Positions 45,877 to 56,202 of a stretch of 64,000 bases of DNA are shown in pieces (within the stretch, counting starts at the first letter, position 1; every line of letters starts with the position of its first letter). The notes under the pieces are model-generated. The model did not search any database. It saw only the letters and a program-made list of their open reading frames with translations, and was not told the DNA's origin. This DNA is from an uncultured delta proteobacterium (GTDB taxonomy: Bacteria; Myxococcota; UBA727; VGSZ01): the NCBI GenBank assembly GCA_963775425.1, contig CAVZJB010000005.1, positions 352,001 to 416,000 of the forward strand. The letters run 5' to 3'. The translations under genes were made by a program, and so were the position numbers.

Positions 45877-48800
45877 TCAACCCTTGCGGATGGCCGCGCC
45901 GATCTTCCAGTCCCCGGCTTCAATGACGCGCGCGTCGTCGGGCGGCGGCGCCGTCGACACCGTCACCGACGACGCGGTGACCTCGCCCTTGAGCTCGTCC
46001 TTGCGCGAGGAGAAGTGCGCCTCGAGCGCCGCGGGCACGTAGAACGTGCAGGCGACGCGCTCGTGCACCTCGAGCCCCGAGTCCTTGCGCAAGGCGTTGG
46101 TGGCGGTGGTGACCTCGCGAAACGCATACTCCTGCTTCAGCGCGTCGGTGACGGTGGTGTCGAGGGCGACGGTGATCTCGCCGGCGCTCTCGATGACGAC
46201 GTCGCCGCGGGCCGTGCGGGTGACGAGGACGTCCTCCTTGGTGATGCGCTGGCCTTCGACGTCGACGCTCCCGCCGTCCTCGAGGGTTCGCCACGCCTGT
46301 GACGTGAGCGCCTCCACGGCCGCGGCGGCGGCCTTCATCTTGGGGCCCATGCGCTTGCCGAGCGTCTTGTAGTTGGCCTTGAACGAGAGCGTGGCCAGGC
46401 CCTCGTCGTTCTTCATGACCGCGAGCGCCTTGACGTTGAGCTCGTCGAGGACGAGCTCCTTGTGGCGCTCGAGCGCGACACGCACGGCGTCGTCGTGGGA
46501 CACGACGGTGGCCTGTGGCAGCGGCTGCCGCGTCTTCATCTTGTGCTTCTCGCGAAGCGCGCGGCCGAGCGTGACCACCTGGCGCACGGCGGCCATCTCG
46601 CGCTCGAGCGCGCGATCGATCTTGGCGTCGTCGACGACGGGGTAGTCCGTGAGGTGCACGCTGGGCGGCGCCTCGCACCCGGGTTCCACCACGAGGTTCT
46701 GGTGCACGCTCTCCGCCACGAACGGCAGCACGGGGGCGAGCACGCGCGCGAAGGTGGTGAGCACCTCGTAGAGCGTCTCGTACGCGGCGCGCTTGTCGGC
46801 GTCGTTGTCGGACTTCCAGAAGCGGCGGCGCGAGCGGCGGATGTACCAGTTGGTGAGGTCGTCGATGAAGCCGAGCATCGGAGGGACCACCTTGTCGAGG
46901 TAGTAGCCCTCCATCTGCGTGTTCACCTCGCGCACGAGGCTCTGCAGCACGCTGAGGATCCAGCGATCGATCTCGGGACGCCCTGCCGGCGTCGCGGGGG
47001 GGCGGCGCCGGCGTCGCCTCGAGCGTCGCGCGCAGGCGTCCAGCCGTCGACGTTCGCGTACGTCACGAAGAAGCTCCACGCGTTCTGCAGCGGGAGCAGC
47101 ACCGTGCGCACCACGTCGCGCACGCCGAGCTCGTCGAACTTGAGGGGCTCCGCGCGCACCACCGGCGAGTTGATGAGGTACGCGCGCAGCGCGTCCGCGC
47201 CGTAGGTGTCGATGACGACGTGCGGATCCGGATAGTTCTTCAGCCGCTTGGACATCTTCTCGGCGAGGACCTTGAGCTCCTTGCCGGAGTCCTTGAGGAA
47301 CGCCTTGCCGCCCTTTTCGTCGACGTCGGCGAGCTTGTAGCGGTTGCCCAGCTCGTCCTGGTAGGTCTTTGCGAGCACCATGCCGTTGACGATGCAGTTT
47401 TGATACGGCGCCTTGTCGAACAGCGCCGTCGACAACACGAGCAGCGTGTAGAACCAGCCACGGGTCTGATCGAGCCCTTCGGCGATGAACTGCGCGGGCA
47501 ATCGCAGCTCCGCGCCCTCGAACGGGTAGTGCACCTGCGCGTAGGGCATGGAGCCGGACTCGAACCAGCAATCAAAGACGTCGCCGATGCGCTTCGCGGG
47601 CGCGCCGCACGCGTCGCACGGGAACGAGAGCGAATCGATCTTGTGGGGGTGAAGATCGTCGACCTTCGCGCCGGTGCGCTTCTCGAGATCGGCCGCGGAG
47701 CCCACGCAGGTGTGGTGCCCGTTTTGGCACTCCCACAAGGGGATGGGCGTGCCCCAGAAGCGGGAGCGTGAGATGGACCAGTCGCGCGCGTCTTTGAGCC
47801 AGTTCTCGAAGCGCTTCTCGCCGACGAAGCCGGGCACCCAGTGGACGGTCTCGTTGTTGGCCACCATGCGCTCGCGCAGGGGCTCGACGTGCACGTACCA
47901 GGACGGCGTGGTCTTGTAGATGAGCGGCGTCCCCGTCCGGTAGCAGAACGGGTACGAGTGGCGGATGGTGCCGTGCTTGAACACCAGGCCCTGCGCCTTG
48001 AGGTCGTGGATGATCTGCTTGTCGGCCTCCTTCACGCGTTGCCCGGCGTAGGGCGGGACCTCGCCGGTGAAGCGCCCCTCCTCGTCGACGGGCTCGACGA
48101 CGTCGATGCCCACGGCCTTGCAGGCGGCGAAGTCGTCCTCGCCGAACGCGGGCGCCATGTGCACGAGGCCGGTGCCGTCGGTGGTGGTGACGTGGCCGGA
48201 CGCGATGACGCGGAAGGCGCCCGTCTGTTTGCGTTCGGCGAAGAACGGGAACAGCGGCTGGTAGGTGAGCCCCACGAGCTCGCGGCCCTTGAGCGTGGCG
48301 ACGACCTCCGCCTCCTTGCCGAGGACGCTCTCGAGGAGCTCGCGCGCGACGACGTACGTGTGGCCGTCTTTGTGCTTGGCCTTGACGTAGTCGATGTCGG
48401 CGCCGACGGCGACGGCGAGGTTGGACGGGAGCGTCCAGGGCGTGGTGGTCCACACGAGCAGGTGGAGGTCGTCGGCATCGACTTTGAGGCGCACGGTGAG
48501 CGCGGGGTCGTCGACGTCGCGATAGTCCTCGCCGGCCTCCATGTTCGACAGCGGCGTGGACAGCGCCCACGAGTAGGGCATCACGCGCAGGCCCTTGTAG
48601 ACGAGGCCGCGCTTCCACAGCTCGGAGAAGGCCCACCACACGGACTCCATGAACGGCTTGTCCATGGTCTTGTAGTCGTTGTCGAAGTCGACCCAGCGCC
48701 CGACGCGCGTGATGGTGCGGCGCCACTCGTCGACGTAGGTGAGGACGTTCTCCCGGCAGGTCTCGTTGAACTTGTCGACGCCGAATTCGCGGATGGACGT

Positions 48801-49121
48801 GGGGCCCGAGAGGTTGAGCTTGGCCTGGATCTGCTGCTCGATGGGCAGGCCGTGCGTGTCCCAGCCGAAGCGCCGCTCGACGCGCTTGCCGCGCATGGTC
48901 CAGTAGCGCGGCACGATGTCCTTGAGCGTGGAAGCGACGAGGTGGCCGTAGTGCGGCAGGCCCGTCGCGAACGGCGGGCCGTCGTAGAAGATGAAGGCGT
49001 CGTCGGGGGAGCGCTCGTTCACCGAGCGGTGGAAGGCGTCGAGCTTCTGCCACAGCTCGAGGACCTTCAGCTCCTCCTGCGGGAACTGAACCTCCGACGA
49101 CACGGGCTTGAAAGCACCCAC
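45877..49121 (-). CDS. ileS: Isoleucine--tRNA ligase, type 2, split by a -1 frameshift at 46996-47002
   Basis: GPPFATGLPHYGH, WTTTPWTLPSN, GTGLVHMAPAFGEDD, DWSISRSRFWGTPIP, EGLDQTRGWFY, KMSKRLKNYPDP in ORF 46923-49121. DRWILS, LTNWYIRRSRRRFW and KTRQPL continue in ORF 45877-47571. GTG start after GGAGG. Confidence 0.93.
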
Positions 49122-49160
49122 GAAACCTCCGGCGACGACGACGCGCCGCTGGATTTTTCG

Positions 49161-49862
49161 CTAGCCGCTCGCGCCCGATGCCGCAACGGGCGCGCCGCGC
49201 GGCCGGGACGCCGCCGCCGTCGAGGACCGCCGCGGCCAGGCCGCGCGCGCCGCGAGGGCGACGCCGCCGGCGACGAGGCCGGCGTCGAGCTCGACGCCGA
49301 GGCGGAGGGCGCCGAAGAGGCCCCACGCGAGGGCGGCGACGGCGAGGACGCCGGCGCTCCCGCGGCCCCCCGGCGTCGCGGCGAGGTCGAGGACGAGGGC
49401 GGCGCCGGCGGCGAGCGCGAGGCTCGGGCAGGGGACGACGCCGACGGGCGCGGCGAAGAGGTCCGCGAGGGGGCCGTGGGCGCCGACGAAGTGCGGGTAG
49501 AGCCACGCGTACACGAGGAGGGCGGCGCCGGTGAGCGTCGCCCAGCGCGGTGGCAGGCGCGGCGGCGCGGGCCGCTCCGGCGCGGGCCACGCGAGGGCGG
49601 CGACGGCGACGGCGACGACGCCGAGGCCGAAGCCGTTGAACGGGTCTTGGAACGCGAACGCCACGGCGCTCGCCGACACGACCGGGAGGGCGACGACGAA
49701 GCCGGCGATGCGGGGACGCGAGCGCCACGCGATGTCGCTCGGCCGAAGCGCGACGAGCCAGACGACGGCGAGGGCGATGACGACGTGCCAGATCACCCCG
49801 AGGACGTAGGCGCCGTCGGCGGCGCGGCGAAGCCCGGCGAGGATGTCATCGGCGGACGGCAT
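49161..49862 (-). CDS. Hypothetical multi-pass membrane protein
   Basis: ATG 49862 after GGAGG; about 6-7 TM segments; YPHF and GVVPCPS motifs. Confidence 0.65.
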   Translation of the reverse strand: MPSADDILAGLRRAADGAYVLGVIWHVVIALAVVWLVALRPSDIAWRSRPRIAGFVVALPVVSASAVAFAFQDPFNGFGLGVVAVAVAALAWPAPERPAPPRLPPRWATLTGAALLVYAWLYPHFVGAHGPLADLFAAPVGVVPCPSLALAAGAALVLDLAATPGGRGSAGVLAVAALAWGLFGALRLGVELDAGLVAGGVALAARAAWPRRSSTAAASRPRGAPVAASGASG

Positions 49863-49963
49863 GGGACCTCCACGACGAGCGAAGCACGCGCCGTGCCGCG
49901 GCGCGCGCACGGGTGGGCCGCGGGCTTGACCGCGCGTGCGCGACGTCAGCATGCTCCGCGGCC

Positions 49964-50713
49964 ATGGGCCTGCCGATCGTGAACAACAAGGCCGCGACCG
50001 ATCGCGACGACGCCGCGGCGCTCGCCGGCGCACAGCGCTTGCTCGACGCCGGCCTCGCCGACGAGGCGCGCGCGAGGCTGGCGCCGCTCGTCGACGCGCC
50101 GCACACCGCGGTGCGCGCGCACGCGTGCCTGCTGTACGCAGGCGTCTCGCTCATGGCGGGCAAGCCCGAGGACGCGTTGGCGGCGCTCGACAAGCTCCCT
50201 GCGCGCCCGCCGTTTGCGATCGACACCGGCTACCGCAAGATGATCGAGGCGTGCGCGCTCAGGCAGACCCGACGCTACGCGGAGGCGCTCGCGGCGGCGC
50301 AGGTGGCGGCGGACGAGGGCGCGACGCCCGGCAGGCTGCTTGTGCTCGCGGACGCACAGAAGCACGCGGGGCTCCTCGACGCCGCCGCGGCCACGCTCTC
50401 GCGCTTGCTCGACGGAGAGCCGGACAACGCCACGGCGCTCGCGCAGCTCGCCGGCTACCGGAACCTGCAGGGCGATCTCGACGCGGGCGCGGCGTGCTTC
50501 GAGCGCTTCCGCGCCTGCGCCGCCGCCGGCGCCGACGCGCGGCGCAACGAGGCTTTCTTCTTCGCCACCCGGGGCAACCTCGACGCCACCGTCGCCGCGC
50601 TGCGCGCCGCGCTCGACGAGGAGGCGGAGGCCACCGCGAGCTACCTCGTCGACGAGGTCGAATTCGATCGCTTCCGCGGCGCCCCGGCTTTCGTCGCGCT
50701 GAAGGACGCGTAG
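49964..50713 (+). CDS. Tetratricopeptide repeat protein
   Basis: Helical A/L/G repeats, EPDNATALAQLA, C-terminal DEVEFDRFRGAPAF cap. ATG at 49964. Confidence 0.7.
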   Translation: MGLPIVNNKAATDRDDAAALAGAQRLLDAGLADEARARLAPLVDAPHTAVRAHACLLYAGVSLMAGKPEDALAALDKLPARPPFAIDTGYRKMIEACALRQTRRYAEALAAAQVAADEGATPGRLLVLADAQKHAGLLDAAAATLSRLLDGEPDNATALAQLAGYRNLQGDLDAGAACFERFRACAAAGADARRNEAFFFATRGNLDATVAALRAALDEEAEATASYLVDEVEFDRFRGAPAFVALKDA

Positions 50714-50736
50714 GCGACCGGCGTCTCCGGCAGCGT

Positions 50737-51213
50737 TCAGCCCACGAACGACACGAGGGCGGCGCCGAGGGCGGCGGCGAGGACGACGAGGCCGACGACG
50801 TCGCCGGGGCGCACGCCGCGCCGGGGGGTTCCGGCGGTGACGGCGACGAGCGAGGCGTCCGCGAGCGCGCGCGGGGGAGCGGCGACGGGGGCGGCGGGCT
50901 CGGTGAGCTCCTTGTGCTTGAGGCCGTCGAAGAACAGCCACCGGCAGCGGGCGCAGGACCACGCGGCGACGCCGTGGCACAGGACCGGCGAGAGCGCGCG
51001 CGCGCACGAGGGGCACGGCAGCGTCGCAGCGGTGGACGAGTACACCGGCGAGAGCGCGGCGCGCCCCATGTCGGGCAGGCAGCCGTCCGCCCAGGAGCGC
51101 GCCACGAGCAGGCCGCCGCAGCCGCGGCAGGCGGTGCCGTCGGGATCGTCGGCGAGGGCTTCGCCGCAGCGGGGGCAGGAGATCGCGGGCAGCGCGACGG
51201 GCGCAGGCAGCAT
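50737..51213 (-). CDS. Tandem zinc-ribbon (zf-TFIIB-like) protein with C-terminal TM
   Basis: CPRC..CRGCGG and CPSC..CARCRWLFFD pairs; hydrophobic C-terminus. Confidence 0.65.
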   Translation of the reverse strand: MLPAPVALPAISCPRCGEALADDPDGTACRGCGGLLVARSWADGCLPDMGRAALSPVYSSTAATLPCPSCARALSPVLCHGVAAWSCARCRWLFFDGLKHKELTEPAAPVAAPPRALADASLVAVTAGTPRRGVRPGDVVGLVVLAAALGAALVSFVG

Positions 51214-51399
51214 GCTCTCCGGTATTCACGCTCCGTGCCGCCCACGTTGACGCGCGCGCCACCCCGCAAGGCGCGGCGCGGCGCGACGGACCCGGTCTGC
51301 CCCGGCGCCACGCATACACGCCGCGTGTCCGGGCGGACACACGCTTTTGACGATCCCCGTCGTCGTCGGCTTCGCCGAGCGCCGATCAAAGGGTGACGA

Positions 51400-51790
51400 G
51401 GGCTGGCCCGATGGACCGTTGATCCGAGCCACCCGGAAGGGGACGGCGGAGCGGAAAGGAGCTCCGCGCTCGGCGACGACGGACAAGGACGCGCGCGTGA
51501 TGAAGATGGCCGACGGCGGCTTCCGGCCTGCGTACGACATCCAGCTCGGCGTCGTACGGAAGAAGACCGGCGGACCTCGGTCCATCGTCGGCGTGCGCGT
51601 CACGAACGTCGGCAGCGACATGCGCAGCGTCCTGCCTATGCAAGACGACGTCGTCCGTCGTCTCGGCCGCGCGCCTTCCGTGGTGCTCGCCGACGCGAAC
51701 CACACTAACCGCGACGACGTCAAGGAGCTCGATCGCCGCGGGATCCTGCCCGTGATCCCGCCACCTCGGCCGCGCGGGGCCGGCAATCGC
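51400..51790 (+). mobile_element. Internal fragment of an IS1182-like DDE transposase (remnant)
   Basis: SATTDKDARVMKMADGGFRPAYDIQ, IVGVRVTNVGSD, VLADANH. N- and C-terminal parts are absent and no terminal inverted repeats were seen. Confidence 0.7.
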
Positions 51791-51890
51791 CACAACCTGC
51801 AGCGGTTCTTGCGCGCCGACGTGCCTCGCCACGTACTCCGCGCGGCGAGCCACCTTGTGGGCGGCTTCGCCGAGTGCTGCTACGAGCCTT

Positions 51891-52550
51891 TCAGCGCAGG
51901 GCGAGCCCGATCGGGCAGCTCACGCCGGTTCCGCCGAGGCCGCAGTAGCCGTCGGGGTTCTTGTGCAGGTACTGCTGGTGGTAGTCCTCAGCGTAATAAA
52001 ACGCGGGCGCGGCCTTGATCTCCGTCGTCACCACGCCGTGCCCCGCGCCCTTGAGCGCTTCGCCGTACGCCTTGGCCGACGCGATGGCGCGCTCCTTCTG
52101 ATCATCGCCGGAGGTGTAGATGGCGGAGCGGTATTGGGTGCCGACGTCGTTGCCCTGGCGCATCCCCTGCGTGGGATCGTGGTTCTCCCAGAACACCTTC
52201 AACAGCGTGTCGACGTCGACCTTCTTCGGGTCGTAGACGACGAGCACCACCTCGGTGTGACCCGTCTTCCCCGTGCAGACCTCTTCGTAGCTGGGGTTCG
52301 GCGTGAAGCCGCCCGCGTAGCCGACGGCCGTGGTCCACACGCCGGGCACCTGCCAGAGCTTCTTCTCCGCGCCCCAGAAGCAGCCCATGCCCAGCACGAG
52401 CCGCTCGAGGCCGTCCGGGAAGGGCGGCTCCATCGCGTTGCCGAGCACGGCGTGCGCGGCGGCGACGCGCATCTTGTTGGCGCGCCCCGGCAGCGCTTCC
52501 TTTTCCGTCGGCAGCTCCAGCTTCTTCGTCGAGAACCACATGGCGATCAC
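51891..52550 (-). CDS. msrA: Peptide-methionine (S)-S-oxide reductase
   Basis: [57 protein letters not shown]. Confidence 0.97.
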   Translation of the reverse strand: MIAMWFSTKKLELPTEKEALPGRANKMRVAAAHAVLGNAMEPPFPDGLERLVLGMGCFWGAEKKLWQVPGVWTTAVGYAGGFTPNPSYEEVCTGKTGHTEVVLVVYDPKKVDVDTLLKVFWENHDPTQGMRQGNDVGTQYRSAIYTSGDDQKERAIASAKAYGEALKGAGHGVVTTEIKAAPAFYYAEDYHQQYLHKNPDGYCGLGGTGVSCPIGLALR

Positions 52551-52565
52551 CCCGTGGGCGTCACT

Positions 52566-55232
52566 CTAGCGAGCCGGAAATAGTTTGCGCGCGCTTTCCT
52601 CATGCACGGCCTTCTTCGCCACACAAAGACGCACGGACTCGAGCGTGATGGCGAGCGCGCGTTCCATTCCGGGCGTCTTGTGCTTCTTCGGCTCGAAGAA
52701 GGCCTCGAGCTCCTTGGCCTTTTCCTCGCTGCAGTAGCCGGAGAAGAGGCCGGGGACGCGCGCGCCGCCGAACTCCTCGGGGAGACGCTTCATCAACGCG
52801 GCGTAGTGCGACGGGAGCCACGCCCACACGGCGTCGCGGGTGCGGAAGTCGGACGCCTGGCCGTGAAGTGGGTTGATGACCTCGTTGATCTTCAGACGCG
52901 GATCGAGCGTGAGGTCGCGGGCCTTTTTCCCCAGCGTCGGATCGTTCGTGGAGCCGAGCGCGCCGAGCAGGTAGCCGCGCGTGAGGCTGTCCGTCTCCGT
53001 CGACAAGCGGCGCGCGGCGTCGTCCCACGCCGCGGCGCCGCCGGTCCTCACCGCGCAGGAGATCGCCAGGCCGGCGAGGTCGCCCGGCACCTTGTCGAGG
53101 TCGACCTTGCCCTTGCCGAGCACGGGGCGGCCGAGCTTGGCGAGGGCCTCGATGGTCGCGGGATCCTCGGCGGTGCCGACGAGGACGCCGAGCGCGAGCG
53201 TGCGGCGCTGGCGCACGCGCGGATCTTCGCCGGCCTTGGGGACGAGGCCGACCGCGTCGAGGACGGGCCGGTACAGCTCCGCCACCTTCTTTTGCACCTT
53301 GGCGCGCGCGGCCGGCAGCACGAGGTCGCTCCACGCGAAGACGAGCAGCGACTGCGGCGTGAGGATGACGTCGGGCTCCTCGTCGGTGGCGAGGGGGACG
53401 GACGCGTCGAGGGCGTCTGCGAAGCTCACCTTGCCGGTGTTGAAGCCCGCGCGCACGGCGTTGCCGAAGCTGATGCGCTCGCCCGGCGTCAGCGCCTTCA
53501 ACCTCGACGACAGCGCGCGGAGCTGATCGCCCGGCAACGACCAGCGGTAGTAACCGCGGCCGTCCTCGTTCGGGTGCAGGAAGCGCGGGCACGCGCCCTT
53601 CAACGCGAGGCTGCCGCGGGCCGCCGTGAGGAGCGTGCACGCCGACGCCTGCTTGTCGGTGCGCACGCACACGGGGATCTGCCAGGTCTTGTTGCGGTCG
53701 CCGGTGGAGCCCACGGGGAGGAAGCGCGACTGCGCGAGCTCCACGCGAGCGCCCTTCTTGTCGCAGACGAGCTTGGCCTCGACGAAGGGGACGCCGGGCT
53801 GATCGAGGAACGTCGCGAACGGCGTGGCGACGTCCTTGCCCGCGGCCTTGGACAGCGCGGCGAGGAGGTCGGCGGCGGTGGCGGTGCCGTCGGCCTTTTC
53901 CTTCAGGTAGTCGCGCACGCCCTGCTGGAAGTGGTCGGGGCCGATCCAGGCTTCGAACATGGCGATGACGGAGGCGCCCTTGTTGTAGGTGATGCCGTCG
54001 AAGGCGTTGATGATGTCGTTCTTGCTGACGACGGGCTGGCGGATCTGGCGGGCGGACACGAGGCTGTCGGCGCCGGTGACCCAGTCGAGGCCGGAGCGCT
54101 GCTCGGTGCGCGCGTGGAATTGCGGGCGGATCTCCTCGACGACGTGCGACTCCATCCAGGTGGCGAAGGCCTCGTTCAGCCAGATGTCGTCCCACCACGC
54201 GAGCGTGACCAGGTCGCCGAACCACTGGTGCGCGAATTCGTGGGCGATGACGTAGACGTTGCCCTTCTGCAGACCGATGGGGCTCTTGTCGTCGACGTAG
54301 AGCAGGTTGTCGCGGAAGGTGACGAGCCCCGCGTTCTCCATGGCGCCGGCGGCGAAGTCGGGGACGGCGACGATGTCCATCTTGCCGAACGGGTAGCCGA
54401 CGCCGAAGTACTTCTCGAGCGCCGCGAGCGACTCCGCAGCGACGTCGAGCGAGCGCGCCATCTGCTTGCCGTGGCCGTGGGGAGCGATGCCGCGGATGGG
54501 CAGCGGCGCCTTGCGCACCGCCGTGGGCGGCAGCGTCTTGCCGGTGACGACGTCGAGCGGGCCGACCGCGAAGGCCACGAGGTACATCGGCAGCGGCCTC
54601 GTCTTCTCGAAGGTCACGCGCTCGCGGCCCTTCACCTTCTCGCGCTTGAGCTCCGGCGTGTTGGACACGACGACGTCGCCCTTGTCGTGCGCGATGGAGA
54701 GCGAAAACGGCGTCTTGAGCCCGGGCTCGTCGAAGCAGGGCAGCGAGTCGCGCGCGGAGATGGCCTCGAACTGCGTGAACACGTAGGGGCGGCCCTCGTG
54801 CACCACCTTGTAGATGCCCTCGAGCGACGCGTTGTACTTCGCGCTCCACGCGATGACGACGTCGACGTCGCCGGGGCCCACGGGCGCGGGCAGCGACAGC
54901 CGCGACATGCCGTCGGCGTCGACCTGCTTGTACGTCGCCGCCTTGCCCGCGACGGAGGCGCGCTTCACGTCGAGGCCGCGCCCGTGCAGCCAGAGGGCGC
55001 GCACCGCCTTGTCGAGGTGGACGCGGATGGTCTCCTCGCCGGAGAAGCCGTCCTTGTGCGGATCGACGTCGAGCGAGATGCGGTACTCGAGCGGGCGCTG
55101 TCCCGCGGGCAGGCGGAAAGCGGGGCTGTCGTCGCCGCCGCCGTCGAGGGCGTGGGCGGCGCCGCCCGCGCAAAAGAGCCCGGCGAGGGCGAGGGCGACC
55201 GGCGTGTGAAGGCGGGGACGGTAGGTGCGCAT
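52566..55232 (-). CDS. Secreted M1 family aminopeptidase with ERAP1-like C-terminal domain
   Basis: Signal peptide; TQFEA, PCFDEP, AGAMEN, HEFAHQWFG...WLNEAFA, YNKG. Confidence 0.93.
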   Translation of the reverse strand: MRTYRPRLHTPVALALAGLFCAGGAAHALDGGGDDSPAFRLPAGQRPLEYRISLDVDPHKDGFSGEETIRVHLDKAVRALWLHGRGLDVKRASVAGKAATYKQVDADGMSRLSLPAPVGPGDVDVVIAWSAKYNASLEGIYKVVHEGRPYVFTQFEAISARDSLPCFDEPGLKTPFSLSIAHDKGDVVVSNTPELKREKVKGRERVTFEKTRPLPMYLVAFAVGPLDVVTGKTLPPTAVRKAPLPIRGIAPHGHGKQMARSLDVAAESLAALEKYFGVGYPFGKMDIVAVPDFAAGAMENAGLVTFRDNLLYVDDKSPIGLQKGNVYVIAHEFAHQWFGDLVTLAWWDDIWLNEAFATWMESHVVEEIRPQFHARTEQRSGLDWVTGADSLVSARQIRQPVVSKNDIINAFDGITYNKGASVIAMFEAWIGPDHFQQGVRDYLKEKADGTATAADLLAALSKAAGKDVATPFATFLDQPGVPFVEAKLVCDKKGARVELAQSRFLPVGSTGDRNKTWQIPVCVRTDKQASACTLLTAARGSLALKGACPRFLHPNEDGRGYYRWSLPGDQLRALSSRLKALTPGERISFGNAVRAGFNTGKVSFADALDASVPLATDEEPDVILTPQSLLVFAWSDLVLPAARAKVQKKVAELYRPVLDAVGLVPKAGEDPRVRQRRTLALGVLVGTAEDPATIEALAKLGRPVLGKGKVDLDKVPGDLAGLAISCAVRTGGAAAWDDAARRLSTETDSLTRGYLLGALGSTNDPTLGKKARDLTLDPRLKINEVINPLHGQASDFRTRDAVWAWLPSHYAALMKRLPEEFGGARVPGLFSGYCSEEKAKELEAFFEPKKHKTPGMERALAITLESVRLCVAKKAVHEESARKLFPAR

Positions 55233-55284
55233 ACGGCCCGGTAGCCGAACGCGCGCGAGGAGAAAATCCTGTCTTCCGCCGGCG

Positions 55285-56097
55285 TCAGTCGCCGCCGCCG
55301 CAGGGTTGGGCGCTGTTGCCGCCCTGGTCGTCGACGGTGGTGCCGCCGCGGTTGGCGAGCGAGCTCACGGCGCAGGCGCGCAGCACGGGGTTGTCCTTGA
55401 TCTGCACACCGCCGGGGCTCACGCCGATGAGCGTGAGCCCCTGGAAGGAATTCGACACGCTCGAGAGCGCGGCGTTGTTGCGGAAGATCATGGCGCCGCC
55501 GACGTGGCCGACGGCGCCGAAGCCGCGCAGGCTCTGGACATCGCTGCCATCGACGACGACGTCGCCCTCGACGGCGCCGAGCGAGACCATCTGTGAGGTG
55601 GAGCTGACGCCGGCTCCGAGGCGGAGCGAGCCACCGACGACGGCGACGGCCTGGAGCCCCGACAGATCCTGCTGGGCGATGTCATCCACGGACAGGTCGC
55701 CGTCGACGGTGACGAGGCTCGCGAGCGGCGCGAGCGAGGTGATGTCCTCCCCATGGATGACGAGGTCGCCGAAGACGTGGGGGCAGCCGGTGAGCGCGTC
55801 GACGTCGCCCTGGCCGCTGGCGTCGACGTCGCCGTTGGGGCAGCCGTCGCCCTCTCCTTCGCCCTCGCCCTCGCCCTCTCCTTCGCCTTCGCCCTCGCCT
55901 TCGCCTTCGCCCTCGCCTTCGCCTTCTCCTTCGCCCTCTCCTTCGCCTTCGCCGGGGTGCGAGGTGCAGATGTCGTCGACGCAGGTGAAGCCGTCGACGC
56001 AGGCGTGGTCGGCGTCGCAGCGCAGGCCTTCGAGGTCCACGGTGCATCCGAGGAGCGGGGCGAGCCCGGAGGCGATGATCGCGACAGCCTTCCGCAC
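55285..56097 (-). CDS. Lipoprotein with Cys-rich N-terminus, (GE)17 linker and receptor-L-domain-like repeats
   Basis: Lipobox LLGC; CDADHACVDGFTC; L..L..V.G.L repeats. Confidence 0.8.
   Translation of the reverse strand: MRKAVAIIASGLAPLLGCTVDLEGLRCDADHACVDGFTCVDDICTSHPGEGEGEGEGEGEGEGEGEGEGEGEGEGEGEGEGEGDGCPNGDVDASGQGDVDALTGCPHVFGDLVIHGEDITSLAPLASLVTVDGDLSVDDIAQQDLSGLQAVAVVGGSLRLGAGVSSTSQMVSLGAVEGDVVVDGSDVQSLRGFGAVGHVGGAMIFRNNAALSSVSNSFQGLTLIGVSPGGVQIKDNPVLRACAVSSLANRGGTTVDDQGGNSAQPCGGGD
55849..55953 (-). repeat. Coding hexamer repeat, (Gly-Glu)17
   Basis: 17 hexamers GCCCTC/GCCTTC/TCCTTC on the + strand, with mixed synonymous codons. Confidence 0.9.
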
Positions 56098-56202
56098 ACC
56101 CCGAGCTTCCCACTTTCTTCGGAGGCCGCACGAACTGTCTCGGATCCGGGGCCCACGGATCAGGGCCGCCGGGGTGCCCCGCTCCGCGAGCGGAGCGCCT
56201 CG

